47,813 bases of DNA from Archangium sp. (lineage in GTDB: Bacteria > Myxococcota > Myxococcia > Myxococcales > Myxococcaceae): positions 1 through 47,813 of the forward strand of contig JANLPS010000066.1 in the NCBI GenBank assembly GCA_031367385.1, given 5' to 3'. Below the pieces are notes generated by a model. It saw nothing but the letters and a program-made list of their open reading frames with translations. It was not told the origin of the DNA and made no database searches. Shown piece by piece: positions 1-8,673 of the stretch. Both the position numbers and the translations under genes were made by a program. Numbering within the stretch: the first letter of the stretch is position 1; each line of letters opens with the position of its first letter.

Positions 1-559
1 GCAGCGAGCGGCGCATCGCCAGGGCGAGGCCTCCCATCAGCTGCATGTGCAGCTCTTCGCTCAGTGGGCTCTCGAACGCGTCGAAGCCCACCAACGCCAG
101 CGCGAGGGGAAAACCGTAGCGCCGGGCCCGCTTCACCTCGACGAAGACGACCTCTTTGAAGTGCGCGAACGTATAAAAACTGGTGGTCGGGTCGAGAATG
201 CCGTCGCCCGGGCGCTGCGGAGGCGTCGCCACTTTTCGGCCCTTCGCCGCCAGCTCAGCCAACCGCACCTTCAAATCATTCGGTGACACCGGCAACGGCA
301 GCACCGCGTCGGCGAACGCGGCCTTGAAGCCCTTGCTCTGCGCGGCGAACACCAGCGCTCCAGGCGACTGGGTGCGCACTGCCTTGGCGAGCTTCGAGCC
401 CAACCCCGTCGAAGGCCCCAGCACGACCAGCTGCTCTTTCTTGAGCAGCTCGACCTTGCGAGCGGCGCTGACCTTCAAGCCCGCCTTCTTCAGACCCGCG
501 GCCAGGCTCTTCCACCGGGCGTCGTTGGGCTCGAGAATGGCGACTGTCGAAACTTTCAT
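1..559 (-). CDS. Pseudo-receiver + GGDEF-like (diguanylate cyclase family) protein, truncated by the window edge
   Basis: Not in the ORF track; translated by hand from ATG at 559 (ATGA overlap with the HEAT gene stop): MKVSTVAILEPNDARWKSLAAGLKKAG...LVVLG...DGILDPTTSFYTFAHFKEVVFVEVKRARRYGFPLALALVGFDAF. The latter part matches the typical start of a GGDEF domain (DPLT..N...RARRY..PL.L...D.D.F). The GGDEF motif itself lies outside the window. Confidence 0.75.
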   Translation of the reverse strand, partial: MKVSTVAILEPNDARWKSLAAGLKKAGLKVSAARKVELLKKEQLVVLGPSTGLGSKLAKAVRTQSPGALVFAAQSKGFKAAFADAVLPLPVSPNDLKVRLAELAAKGRKVATPPQRPGDGILDPTTSFYTFAHFKEVVFVEVKRARRYGFPLALALVGFDAFESPLSEELHMQLMGGLALAMRRSL

Positions 560-2127
560 GGGTTGGTGCTCCGGGGTTGTTCGAAGCCCAGTCTACGTAA
601 GGTTTCGCTGGCGACGAACTTCACGTGCGGTTCTGAGTCGTTTTTTGAGGCCTTGACGAGCGCCGCGATGGTGGCGGGGCCTCCCGATGAGCCCGCGAGC
701 AACGCCGCGCAGGCCTCGCGCATCGCCGCCTCGGAGTCTTTCTCGAGGCAGGCCCTCGCCAGCCGCTCTGCACGGGGGGCATCGAGCTCGAAGAGCGCTC
801 TGAAGGCCGCCGTCTTCACCTCGGGCCGTGGGTCGCCCGCAAGCTCGGTGACGCGAGGCAACTGCGCGCGCAACCGCACCGCTCGCGCACCCTCGAGCGC
901 GGCGATCACCACCTGGGGCGCCGCGTCACTGAGCCCTGCTCGAATCAACGCCGCCCCGTTCAGGCCCGGGCGCAGAACGAATGACGAGCCGATCGCCGCC
1001 ACCCGCAGGGCACTCTCACTCGAGGCCGCCGCTTCGCTGAGAACCGGCATCACCCGCTCGACTGGCGCGCACGCCGCGAAAGCGCCGACCCCCGCGGCCC
1101 GCACCGCGACCGGTTGCTGCCGACCGAGCGCCTTGACGGCCATCGCCTCGCACCCAAGCGCCTGTGACTCGCCCAGCACCTTCACCCACGTCGCGGCGGT
1201 TGGAGAATCAACTGCCGAGAGCCGCAGGTCTGCCGCCTCGGCGAGTGAGCGGCCTTCACCCGCGGCCAAAGCCCGTGCCGCGGTCAGGCGCAGCGTCGGG
1301 CTCAGCGTGGTGAGGGCCTCTTCAAGCTCGCTCTGACTCAGCGGCGCAATCGCTGCGAGCGCGTGCAGGGCCTCGAGCTGAACGCCCTCGTCTTTCGCGG
1401 CCAGGCGCGCACGATTGACGTCGCGGGTATGGGCGTACTCCGAGAGCAGCCGGTTGACGCTCTCGGTGTCTTGTTCGGTGGCTTCTCGCAGCAGTGCGAG
1501 GCCGGCGGGCACTCCGGTGGTCTCGTACTCGTCGACCAACAGGCGCGCAGGCACGTCGGCGTACTGCTTCGGCCGGGCCTTGAGCACGTCGAGCACGATG
1601 CGCGCGGCGCTGGTGTCGGTGGCGGCGGCCAGGTGGTGCAGGGCCTGGTGCCGTGCCCGGGCCTCGCGCGCGAACAGGTCGACCTGCGCGGCCTCGACGA
1701 TCGTCGCCACCAGAGGCAGACACGCGGTGCGGGCCGCAGGGTCGCCCGTCGCCGCGAGAAACGAGCTCAGGCTCTGCTTGCGCTGCCCCGCGACGTGAAA
1801 GGCCGTGGTGCAGGCGCGCTCGCGTTGATCGCTCGACGCGATCAGCCCTGCCAGCCGTCTCTCAGCCGAAGGGCCTCCTGCGCGCGCAGCCAATTGCAGG
1901 CTGGCGAACCGAACCTCCCACGCGTCATCGAGCCACAGCGCAAGCAGCGGCCCCGGCAAGCGAAGCACCCACTGCGCCACGTCTTCGTCGAGCGGGCAGC
2001 GCTGGCAGACGCGGGCGTGCTGCTTGGGGTCGGTGACGTACTTCGCGCAGGCGCTGGTGCAGACCGCGCGCTCCCTCGGGTCGGGCGGGAGCGTCGCGAG
2101 CGTGAGCCAGAGAACGAGCGCGTTCAT
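556..2127 (-). CDS. HEAT-repeat protein, probably exported
   Basis: ORF 556..2181; the likely start is ATG 2127 (MNALVLWLTLA..., signal-like). Repeated helical units DDAWEVRFASLQLA, LRLTAARALA, DPRPEVKTAAFRAL, DSEPHVKFVASETL. Confidence 0.75.
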   Translation of the reverse strand: MNALVLWLTLATLPPDPRERAVCTSACAKYVTDPKQHARVCQRCPLDEDVAQWVLRLPGPLLALWLDDAWEVRFASLQLAARAGGPSAERRLAGLIASSDQRERACTTAFHVAGQRKQSLSSFLAATGDPAARTACLPLVATIVEAAQVDLFAREARARHQALHHLAAATDTSAARIVLDVLKARPKQYADVPARLLVDEYETTGVPAGLALLREATEQDTESVNRLLSEYAHTRDVNRARLAAKDEGVQLEALHALAAIAPLSQSELEEALTTLSPTLRLTAARALAAGEGRSLAEAADLRLSAVDSPTAATWVKVLGESQALGCEAMAVKALGRQQPVAVRAAGVGAFAACAPVERVMPVLSEAAASSESALRVAAIGSSFVLRPGLNGAALIRAGLSDAAPQVVIAALEGARAVRLRAQLPRVTELAGDPRPEVKTAAFRALFELDAPRAERLARACLEKDSEAAMREACAALLAGSSGGPATIAALVKASKNDSEPHVKFVASETLRRLGFEQPRSTNP

Positions 2128-2757
2128 GAGCGCCTCAGCCCCGCCGACACGGCGCGAGACGTACGCGACACCTGGCCACACGGCAGCTCACCATGCTCCG
2201 AACGTAGGCCTCCGGTTTTCGCCTCGCAACGCTGGAGCAGCGGGCTTCAGCGCAGCACCGGCAGACGCGCGTGCTCTTTGGGTTCGGTGACGTACCTGGA
2301 GGAGACGCTGACGCAGACCTCTTTCTCCCTGCGGTCGGGCTCCCGAGCGAGCGCGAGCGCATGCATGAGGGCCTCAGCCCCCGCCGACACGGCGCGACAC
2401 CTGGCCGCACGGCAGCTGACGACGCTCCGAACGGCGGCCTCCGGTTTTCGCCTCGCAGCGCTGGCAGACGCGCGCGTGCTCCTCGGGTTCGGTGACGTAT
2501 TTGGAGCAGGCGCTCTTCAGACCTCGCGCTCCCTGCGGTCGGGCGTCGCGTGCGTGAGCCAGAGAACGAGCGCTTGTTTGAGGCCCTCAGCCCCGCCGAC
2601 ACGGCGAGACGCACGCTCCACCTTCGCGCACGGGCTCTGACGACGCTCCGAACGGAGGCCTTCGTTTTTCGCCTCGCAACACTGGAGCAACGTGCTCACG
2701 GGCAGCGCTGGCAGACCCGGGCGTGCTTGGGGTCGCCTCGCAACGCTGGCGCAACGC
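1991..2757. repeat. Degenerate tandem array of ~210-250 bp units (3 full copies + 1 internally deleted) derived from the HEAT gene 5' end and leader
   Basis: Shared blocks recur in the same order: cggtgacgta at 2031/2285/2490; cctcagcccc(c)gccgacacggcg at 2133/2372/2585; ttttcgcctcgca at ~2216/2445/2666. A fourth remnant lies at ~2699-2757. Confidence 0.9.
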
Positions 2758-2933
2758 GCGAAAGCGCTTCACCCGGCCGGCGAAGGGTAAGTGAGTGTGC
2801 GCCTATTTCGCGGGTCCCTCGCCGATGACGTGCGTTCCCGGTCGACGCCAGCGAGCCGCCCAGAGCGACCAACACGCCGGCCAGGTGAGCCCAAATGGGG
2901 GAGCAACTCGATGCGCGTTGCTCCGGGTGATAG

Positions 2934-3920
2934 ATGAGACGGGTGCGTGTGCAGGGTCTGTCGGTGCTGGCGATGGTGGGTGCGTGTGCGCTGGCCCATG
3001 GCGCCGGCCGCAACCGCGACCTCGAGGCGCTCAACGTGCTCGACGCCTTTTTCGACGGCTCGGCGGGGGTGAATCAGGTCGTCAACCGCATCACCTTTTA
3101 CGGGGCTGAGCGGCTGGCGACCGACCTGATCTCCGACAAGCTGCGCCGCTCGGTCGACCCGGTTCGCCGCGGCGCGATGCTCGAGGTGCTCTCGCAGCTG
3201 GCCGTTTTCTCCGATGACGCCGAGCTCGTCTTGCTCCGCGCGCTCAACGATGAGCCCTTGGGCAACCGCATGGCCGCAGCCAAGGCGCTGGGCCGCATCA
3301 GGTCTCCCAAGGCCGCCGTGAAGCTCGAGCCGATGCTCGCCGACAAGGCCACCGGAGCGCGCCGCGAAGCCGCCCGCGCGCTGGGCAACATCGGCAAACC
3401 CAAGTCTGGCGCACCGCTCCTCGCGGCGGCGAAGATCGAAGAAGAGCCCGAGACCCGCGGCGTGATGCTGATGGCCGTCGGCAAAGCGGGAGACCCGAAG
3501 CAGGCCGCCGCCCTCGAGCCCTTTCTCGAGAACGACTCGGAGTCTGCACGCTTGGCCGCCGCTCAGGCGCTGTGCCTGCTCGGCTCTGCCAAGGGCCAGG
3601 CGTTCGCGAAGAAGGTGCTCAGCTCGTCAGATCGCCTCGAGCGGCTGCAGGGGGTGCGCTTGTTCGAGGGCACCACGCTCAAAGTCGCGTCGCCGTTGCT
3701 CACGCCGTCGCTCGAAGACGCAGACCATTCGGTGCGCGCTGCGGCGGCGCGCGTGTTGGCGCAGGCCGGTGATTCATCGAAGACCGATTGGCTGATCATT
3801 CAGAGCGCCAAGCTCGAGGGCCAACCGCAGCTGCAGCTGACCTACGAGAGCGAGATCGAAAAGCTGCGGGTCAGCCACGAGGCCCGCGCGGCGATTCTGC
3901 AGAAGGCGGGGTTGCCATGA
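2934..3920 (+). CDS. HEAT-repeat protein with signal peptide
   Basis: 328 aa ORF with N-terminal signal peptide and PBS-lyase/HEAT units (NRMAAAKALGRI, ARREAARALGNIG, ARLAAAQALCLLG, VRAAAARVLAQAG). Confidence 0.85.
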   Translation: MRRVRVQGLSVLAMVGACALAHGAGRNRDLEALNVLDAFFDGSAGVNQVVNRITFYGAERLATDLISDKLRRSVDPVRRGAMLEVLSQLAVFSDDAELVLLRALNDEPLGNRMAAAKALGRIRSPKAAVKLEPMLADKATGARREAARALGNIGKPKSGAPLLAAAKIEEEPETRGVMLMAVGKAGDPKQAAALEPFLENDSESARLAAAQALCLLGSAKGQAFAKKVLSSSDRLERLQGVRLFEGTTLKVASPLLTPSLEDADHSVRAAAARVLAQAGDSSKTDWLIIQSAKLEGQPQLQLTYESEIEKLRVSHEARAAILQKAGLP

Positions 3921-4720
3921 TGCTCGCGCTGGTGCTCAGCGTGGGGTGGGTGGGCCTGCCCGAGGCCGAGCGCGACGCGAAGGTGGCCGAGCTCCGTTCG
4001 CAGCCACTCTCGGAGCGAATCGTCGCCCTCAGTGAAGGGTTCTTGGGCACTCCGTACGTGCTCTCGCCCCTCGGCGAAGGCACCGGCAAAGACCCCGACC
4101 CGATGGTCAGCTACGAAGCGGTCGACTGCGTCACGTTGGTCGAAGAAGTGATGGCGATGTCGTTGGCCCCCGACGCGGCGCGCCGCCTCGAGTGGCTCGG
4201 CCGCATTCGCTACTCCGGTGACCCGGCCTGGGAGACCCGAAATCACATCATGGAGGCCCAGTGGCTGCCCAAGAACCTCGAGCGCGGCCTGCTGCGCAAC
4301 GTCACCCGGGAGTACGGCGGCAAGAGCACCAAGACGGTGACCAAGGTGCTGACCGCGAAGACCTGGGCCGAGAAGAACGGAGTCGAGCTGGGGCTGCCGG
4401 CCGAGCTGCAGCCCCGGGGCACGTACTCGCTCGAGGTGGTGCCGGCCGACGCGGCGCTCAAGGCGCTGTCGAAGGCCCCCAGCGGGTTGGTGGTGGTGGT
4501 GGTGCGCGCTGATCGCCCCAAGGCGGTGACTCGCGTCTCGCATGTGGGGTTCTTGATTCAGACCCCCACCGGGCCGGTGCTGCGCCACGCCTCGCGCAGC
4601 TTCAAGCACGTGGCCGATGAGCCGTTGGCCCACTACCTGACCCGCAACTTAGACTTCGGCAAGTGGACCATCGAGGGCCTGGCGCTCTACGAGATTCGCG
4701 AGCCCACGGCGTCGAACTAA
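3917..4720 (+). CDS. DUF1460 / NlpC-P60-like N-acetylmuramoyl-L-alanine amidase-like protein
   Basis: ATGA overlap with the upstream gene. FLGTPY..LGEG..DPDP, catalytic DCVTLVE, and SHVGF...HAS motifs typical of DUF1460. Confidence 0.8.
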   Translation: MMLALVLSVGWVGLPEAERDAKVAELRSQPLSERIVALSEGFLGTPYVLSPLGEGTGKDPDPMVSYEAVDCVTLVEEVMAMSLAPDAARRLEWLGRIRYSGDPAWETRNHIMEAQWLPKNLERGLLRNVTREYGGKSTKTVTKVLTAKTWAEKNGVELGLPAELQPRGTYSLEVVPADAALKALSKAPSGLVVVVVRADRPKAVTRVSHVGFLIQTPTGPVLRHASRSFKHVADEPLAHYLTRNLDFGKWTIEGLALYEIREPTASN

Positions 4721-4738
4721 GAAAATCGATACAGCCTG

Positions 4739-5041
4739 CTACTCGGCTGTCTTGTTCTCGCTCGAGAGCGCCTCTTCTTCAGCGGCCAGCCCGTTGGCGA
4801 CGCCGTCGCGCTCGATCGCCTCGAGCTCTTCTTTGATGACGTTGCTGGCAGCGGCGGCGACGTCGGTGGGCACGAAGATGTCCCAGAAGCCTCCGGTGGC
4901 GGCGGCGAACCCGTCGGTCGAGGCGGCCCCTCCGGCGCGGGCGAACGCGTCGTGGCCCGCTTCTGTGAGCACCTCCACCAGGCGCTCGGCGGTCAGCGGG
5001 TCAGCCACGGTGGTCGCGACGGCAAAGGTCTTGGAGGCCAT
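4739..5041 (-). CDS. Small DUF2007-like (putative signal-transducing) protein
   Basis: 100 aa; pattern VAT..DPLTAE.L.EVL.EAG..AF ... DIFVP..A..A...I. Confidence 0.6.
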   Translation of the reverse strand: MASKTFAVATTVADPLTAERLVEVLTEAGHDAFARAGGAASTDGFAAATGGFWDIFVPTDVAAAASNVIKEELEAIERDGVANGLAAEEEALSSENKTAE

Positions 5042-5116
5042 GTGGTCAGCCTACCCCTTCAACGCGCACCTGCCGCTCTAGAATTGGCGCGAGTGCCATA
5101 TTTGGCGTGATATGCC

Positions 5117-7012
5117 GTGACTCTGATGACGCGCCTCAAGTTTCTCGTCTTCGCGTTGCCCGCCTTGGCTCTGTTGGCCTACTTGGTTTACGTCTCGCCG
5201 GGCGTTGCTGCTCGAACAGCCGACCAAGCGGCCATCGGGTTGGCTGGTGCCCCTGCCGCGGTCGCGCTGCGTCTCGAGGAGCAGCGCTCCGATCTCCAGT
5301 CGGCGTTGATTCGGCTGGCGGCCTCGCCCGCGGCGCTGAACCCCGGCCCCAAGTCAGCCACCGGCAAGCTCGAAGCCCCGAACGCCGATCGCTTCGGAGC
5401 GGTTCGCACCGTTCTGCTCGACGGGTTGCCCGAGGCGCACAAGCCCACCATCGCGATCGCCCTCATCAATGAAGCAGGCTCGCTGTTCGCGCAAGGCAGC
5501 GGCGACCCCGGCCCCGCGCCCGAGGGCGTTGACGTGGCGGCGCTCGCTGCCGCGGCGCTCCCCGGAGGCGGTGGCACCATCGGCTCGCTCAACGGCGCGC
5601 CGACCTTGTTCTACGCTACGCCGTTGCTTATCTCTGATCGCAACGAGGTGAAGGTCGCGGGCTCGGTGCTGGTCGGGCTGCCGCTGATACCCGACGCGAA
5701 GGCGCTGGCCGAGGTGGTCGCGCGAGACTTGAAGCTCGAAGCCGTTGGCATCGCCAGCAGCGGGGCGATGTTGGGCGCCGCGGGCCCCCAAAAAGCGCTG
5801 GCCGACAAGGCGCTCAAGACGGTCAAGGCGAACGGCACCCAGGCGCTCGAGCAGAGCCCGGTTGAATCGCTGGGGCCGATCAAGTTGCCGATGATGCTGG
5901 CTTCTCCGATGGCGCTCGAGACGGGCATTCGCCGTGAGATCACCGGCACGCCGTACGAGGTCGTCGCCGTGGCCAGCTCGAGGGCGAGCGTCGAAGCGTT
6001 GGCCTCGTTTCAGTCGTACGCCATCTCGATTCTGATGGCGTTGTCACTGCTGTCGATTGCGGTGCTGGTGCTGCTGGGCAGTGGCGATGACGAGGGGGTG
6101 CGCATGAGCATGCCGCCGCCGTTGCCGATACCGCCGATCTCGCGGCCCACCGCCGAGCCGATTTCATCGCTCACCGCCGCGGCGCCGCCTGCCGAAGCCA
6201 GCCCCGACGACTTCGATTTTCCCTCGACCGGTTCGGGCCAGCTGGCCGCGATCAGCTCTGGCATTCAGCCGGCGATCAGCTCGGGCATTCAACCGGCGCT
6301 CAACCCCGCGTTAGGGGCTGACGACGAGAGCAGCGACCCGTTCGCGAAGCAGGCTCCGGCGCCGTCGGCTCCTCCGTACCCTCCGCAGAACAACGTGACG
6401 ACCGCGCAGCAGCCGCTGTTCGTGCCTTCGGGGAGCTCTGCCTCGCAGCCGTTCTTCACGCCGCCTCCGCCGGTCTCGAGCAGCGCGCGAGCGCCGTCGA
6501 CGATCAACCCGTTCGATGATTCTGAAGAGGCCGATCGCACCGTGGCGTACCCGATGGCGCGGGCCTCGAGCCCCAACGCCGCCCCCGTCGCGATGGACCC
6601 GTTCGCGCTGGCCTCGGCCCAGTCTTCAGACCACAACTACGACTCGAACAACGACAACGATTCGACGCGGGTCGCGGCGGTGCCCAAGGAGCTCATTCAG
6701 GCGGCGCGAGGTGGCACGGGTGGTACCGGTGACCAGCCGATGCTGCGGGTGCCCGCGGGCGCGATGCCCAAAGTGCAGTCGGTGGCTGCGACCGATGAAG
6801 AGAAGCACTTTCAAGAAGTGTTTCGCGACTTCATCGCCACCCGCGAGCGCTGTGGTGAGGCGGCCGACGGGCTGACCTACGAGAAGTTCAAGACCAAGCT
6901 GCTCAAGAACAAAGAGGCGCTGGTCGCCAAGTACAACTGCCGCACCGTGCGGTTTCAGGTGTACGTGAAAGATGGCAAGGCGGCGCTGAAGGCGACTCCG
7001 GTCAAAGACTGA
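5117..7012 (+). CDS. MXAN_5187-family membrane protein
   Basis: N-terminal TM, periplasmic domain, second TM, Pro-rich linker, and the characteristic C-terminal EEKHFQEVFRDFIATRERCGE..LTYEKF..KL..N...L..KY.CR.VRFQVYVKDGKAALKATPV domain. Confidence 0.85.
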   Translation: MTLMTRLKFLVFALPALALLAYLVYVSPGVAARTADQAAIGLAGAPAAVALRLEEQRSDLQSALIRLAASPAALNPGPKSATGKLEAPNADRFGAVRTVLLDGLPEAHKPTIAIALINEAGSLFAQGSGDPGPAPEGVDVAALAAAALPGGGGTIGSLNGAPTLFYATPLLISDRNEVKVAGSVLVGLPLIPDAKALAEVVARDLKLEAVGIASSGAMLGAAGPQKALADKALKTVKANGTQALEQSPVESLGPIKLPMMLASPMALETGIRREITGTPYEVVAVASSRASVEALASFQSYAISILMALSLLSIAVLVLLGSGDDEGVRMSMPPPLPIPPISRPTAEPISSLTAAAPPAEASPDDFDFPSTGSGQLAAISSGIQPAISSGIQPALNPALGADDESSDPFAKQAPAPSAPPYPPQNNVTTAQQPLFVPSGSSASQPFFTPPPPVSSSARAPSTINPFDDSEEADRTVAYPMARASSPNAAPVAMDPFALASAQSSDHNYDSNNDNDSTRVAAVPKELIQAARGGTGGTGDQPMLRVPAGAMPKVQSVAATDEEKHFQEVFRDFIATRERCGEAADGLTYEKFKTKLLKNKEALVAKYNCRTVRFQVYVKDGKAALKATPVKD

Positions 7013-7031
7013 GCAGGGCCTGGGCCACGCC

Positions 7032-8672
7032 TCAGCCCAGCACGACCCGAAATCGGGCCCCCGGCCCGGGCACTCGGTTCTCGACTTCGATTCGCCCGTT
7101 GTGCTCGTGCGCGATGCGCTGCGCGATCGCCAGACCAAGCCCGGTGCCCTGCGGCTTGGTGGTGACGTAGGGCTCGAAGAGCCGCGCGAGCAGGTCAGCG
7201 GGTATGCCCGGCCCCTCGTCTTCGATTTCGATTCGCCCCTCTGCCGTGAGCCTCACGGTGACCGTGCCACCGCTGGCCGCCATCGCCTCTTCGGCGTTCT
7301 TCACCAGGTTCACCACGATCTGCGTCAATTGATCGCGGTCGCCCTGCACTTCGACGCCCGGCGCGAACTCGCGTCGGTATTTCACCGCGCCGTGATCTGC
7401 GTACAACGACATCACCTGGGTCATCGCCTCGCTCAAGTTGAGCTTCGCCAGCGTCGGGCGCGGCAGCCGGGCGAACTGGCTGAACTCGTCGACGATTCGC
7501 TTGAGCCGCTCGACCTCTTCGAGCACGGCCACCGCGCTCTCGCGAAAGAGGGTGTGAAATTTGGCGTCGAGGGTGCCCCGCTGGCTGGCCGCGAGCAGGG
7601 TCTCGAGCGACATGCGAATCGGCGTCAGCGGGTTTTTGATCTCGTGGGCCAGGCGCCGAGCGACCTCTTGCCAGGCCGCGATGCGCTCGGAGGCCAGCAG
7701 CTTGTCGGTCGCGGCCTTCAAGTCGTCGGTCATGCGGTTGAAGGTGTCGATCAACGCCCGCAGCTCAGGCGTGCCGGCCTTTTCGTCGACGCGAGCACCG
7801 GGCTCTCCGGCGGCGATTTTTCGGGCCGCGTCGGTCAACGCTTCGACCGGCCTGGTCACCCGCCGGCTCACCACGAAGCCCACCGCGATCGAGAGCAGCA
7901 ACCCGAAGGCCGCCAAGACCAGAAACGCGCGCAACACCTCGGTGCGCGTGGCGCGCAGGTCGGCGCCCGAGAAGCCCAGGTGCAGCTCGGTGCCCTCGCT
8001 CAACTTCAACACCCGGGTCGTGGTGGGAGGCGCCGCGGTGCCGGCGGAGGCAAAGAGGGTGCCCTGGCTCCAGACCTCGACCCGCGCACCCGTCAGGCGC
8101 TGCAGGTTCTCTGCGCGTGCCGCAGAGAGCAGCACGCCGCCGACCGCCCAGACGCGGCGATCGCCGTAGTCGATGGGCCGCGCGGTGACGACGGCCGGGG
8201 CGGTGACGAGGCCTCCGGCACCGGGCAGCTCGACCGGCAGCACCACAATTGACCGCGCTGGTTTTCGGGTGACGGCGAAGAGCGGGTCGTCGGGCTCGCC
8301 CAGACGCGCGGGCAGGTGCCCCGACGACAAGGTGCGGCCCTCATCGTCGAGCAGCGCCAGCACGTCGAGACCCCGGGGCGTCATCAGTTGAGTCGCGGCG
8401 GTGGTCACATGGGGCGGGGCCGGCACCTTGGCGGCGTCGCGCGCCACGTCTTCGAGCGCGGTGCTCGCAGACAGCTCGTCCATCGTGCGAAGAACGTCGG
8501 CTCGCAGGCGCTCCGCCTCGGCATCGACCGCGACCATGGTCTGCTCGATGCGGGCGTCTTGTTGGCGCGAGAGCAGGGTGTTCAGGTTTCGCAGCGCGAG
8601 GGGCACGACGACGGCAACCTGAAGCACCGCCAACGCCACGAAGGCCAACGCGAGGGTCCACCGGAGGCGCAT
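7032..8672 (-). CDS. NtrY-type membrane sensor histidine kinase (2 TM, HAMP, HisKA, HATPase)
   Basis: H-box ARRLAHEIKNPLTPI, N-box NLVKNA, G1 DEGPGIP, F-box LFEPYVTTK, G2 GTGLGLAI; HAMP ..TRPVEALTDAARKIAAG. Confidence 0.95.
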   Translation of the reverse strand: MRLRWTLALAFVALAVLQVAVVVPLALRNLNTLLSRQQDARIEQTMVAVDAEAERLRADVLRTMDELSASTALEDVARDAAKVPAPPHVTTAATQLMTPRGLDVLALLDDEGRTLSSGHLPARLGEPDDPLFAVTRKPARSIVVLPVELPGAGGLVTAPAVVTARPIDYGDRRVWAVGGVLLSAARAENLQRLTGARVEVWSQGTLFASAGTAAPPTTTRVLKLSEGTELHLGFSGADLRATRTEVLRAFLVLAAFGLLLSIAVGFVVSRRVTRPVEALTDAARKIAAGEPGARVDEKAGTPELRALIDTFNRMTDDLKAATDKLLASERIAAWQEVARRLAHEIKNPLTPIRMSLETLLAASQRGTLDAKFHTLFRESAVAVLEEVERLKRIVDEFSQFARLPRPTLAKLNLSEAMTQVMSLYADHGAVKYRREFAPGVEVQGDRDQLTQIVVNLVKNAEEAMAASGGTVTVRLTAEGRIEIEDEGPGIPADLLARLFEPYVTTKPQGTGLGLAIAQRIAHEHNGRIEVENRVPGPGARFRVVLG

Positions 8673-8673
8673 G

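Noticed and set aside
1991..2757. CRISPR array or DGR template/variable repeat
   Set aside because: Whole ~220-bp units are similar with no unique spacers, differences include indels and are not adenine-specific, and no cas or reverse transcriptase gene is in the window.
2135..2828. Short ORFs within the tandem array
   Set aside because: They are frameshifted echoes of the HEAT N-terminus and leader, not credible independent genes.
2900..2924. Inverted repeat ggagcaac-N9-gttgctcc before the HEAT gene
   Set aside because: Only 8 bp and a single occurrence; cannot be distinguished from chance or assigned a function.
5083..5117. Possible sigma-54 promoter upstream of the MXAN_5187 gene (two ttggcg...tgcc motifs)
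   Set aside because: The GG to GC spacing does not fit the -24/-12 rule.
6248..6297. 24-bp tandem repeat (AISSGIQP x2)
   Set aside because: Ordinary slippage in a disordered linker.
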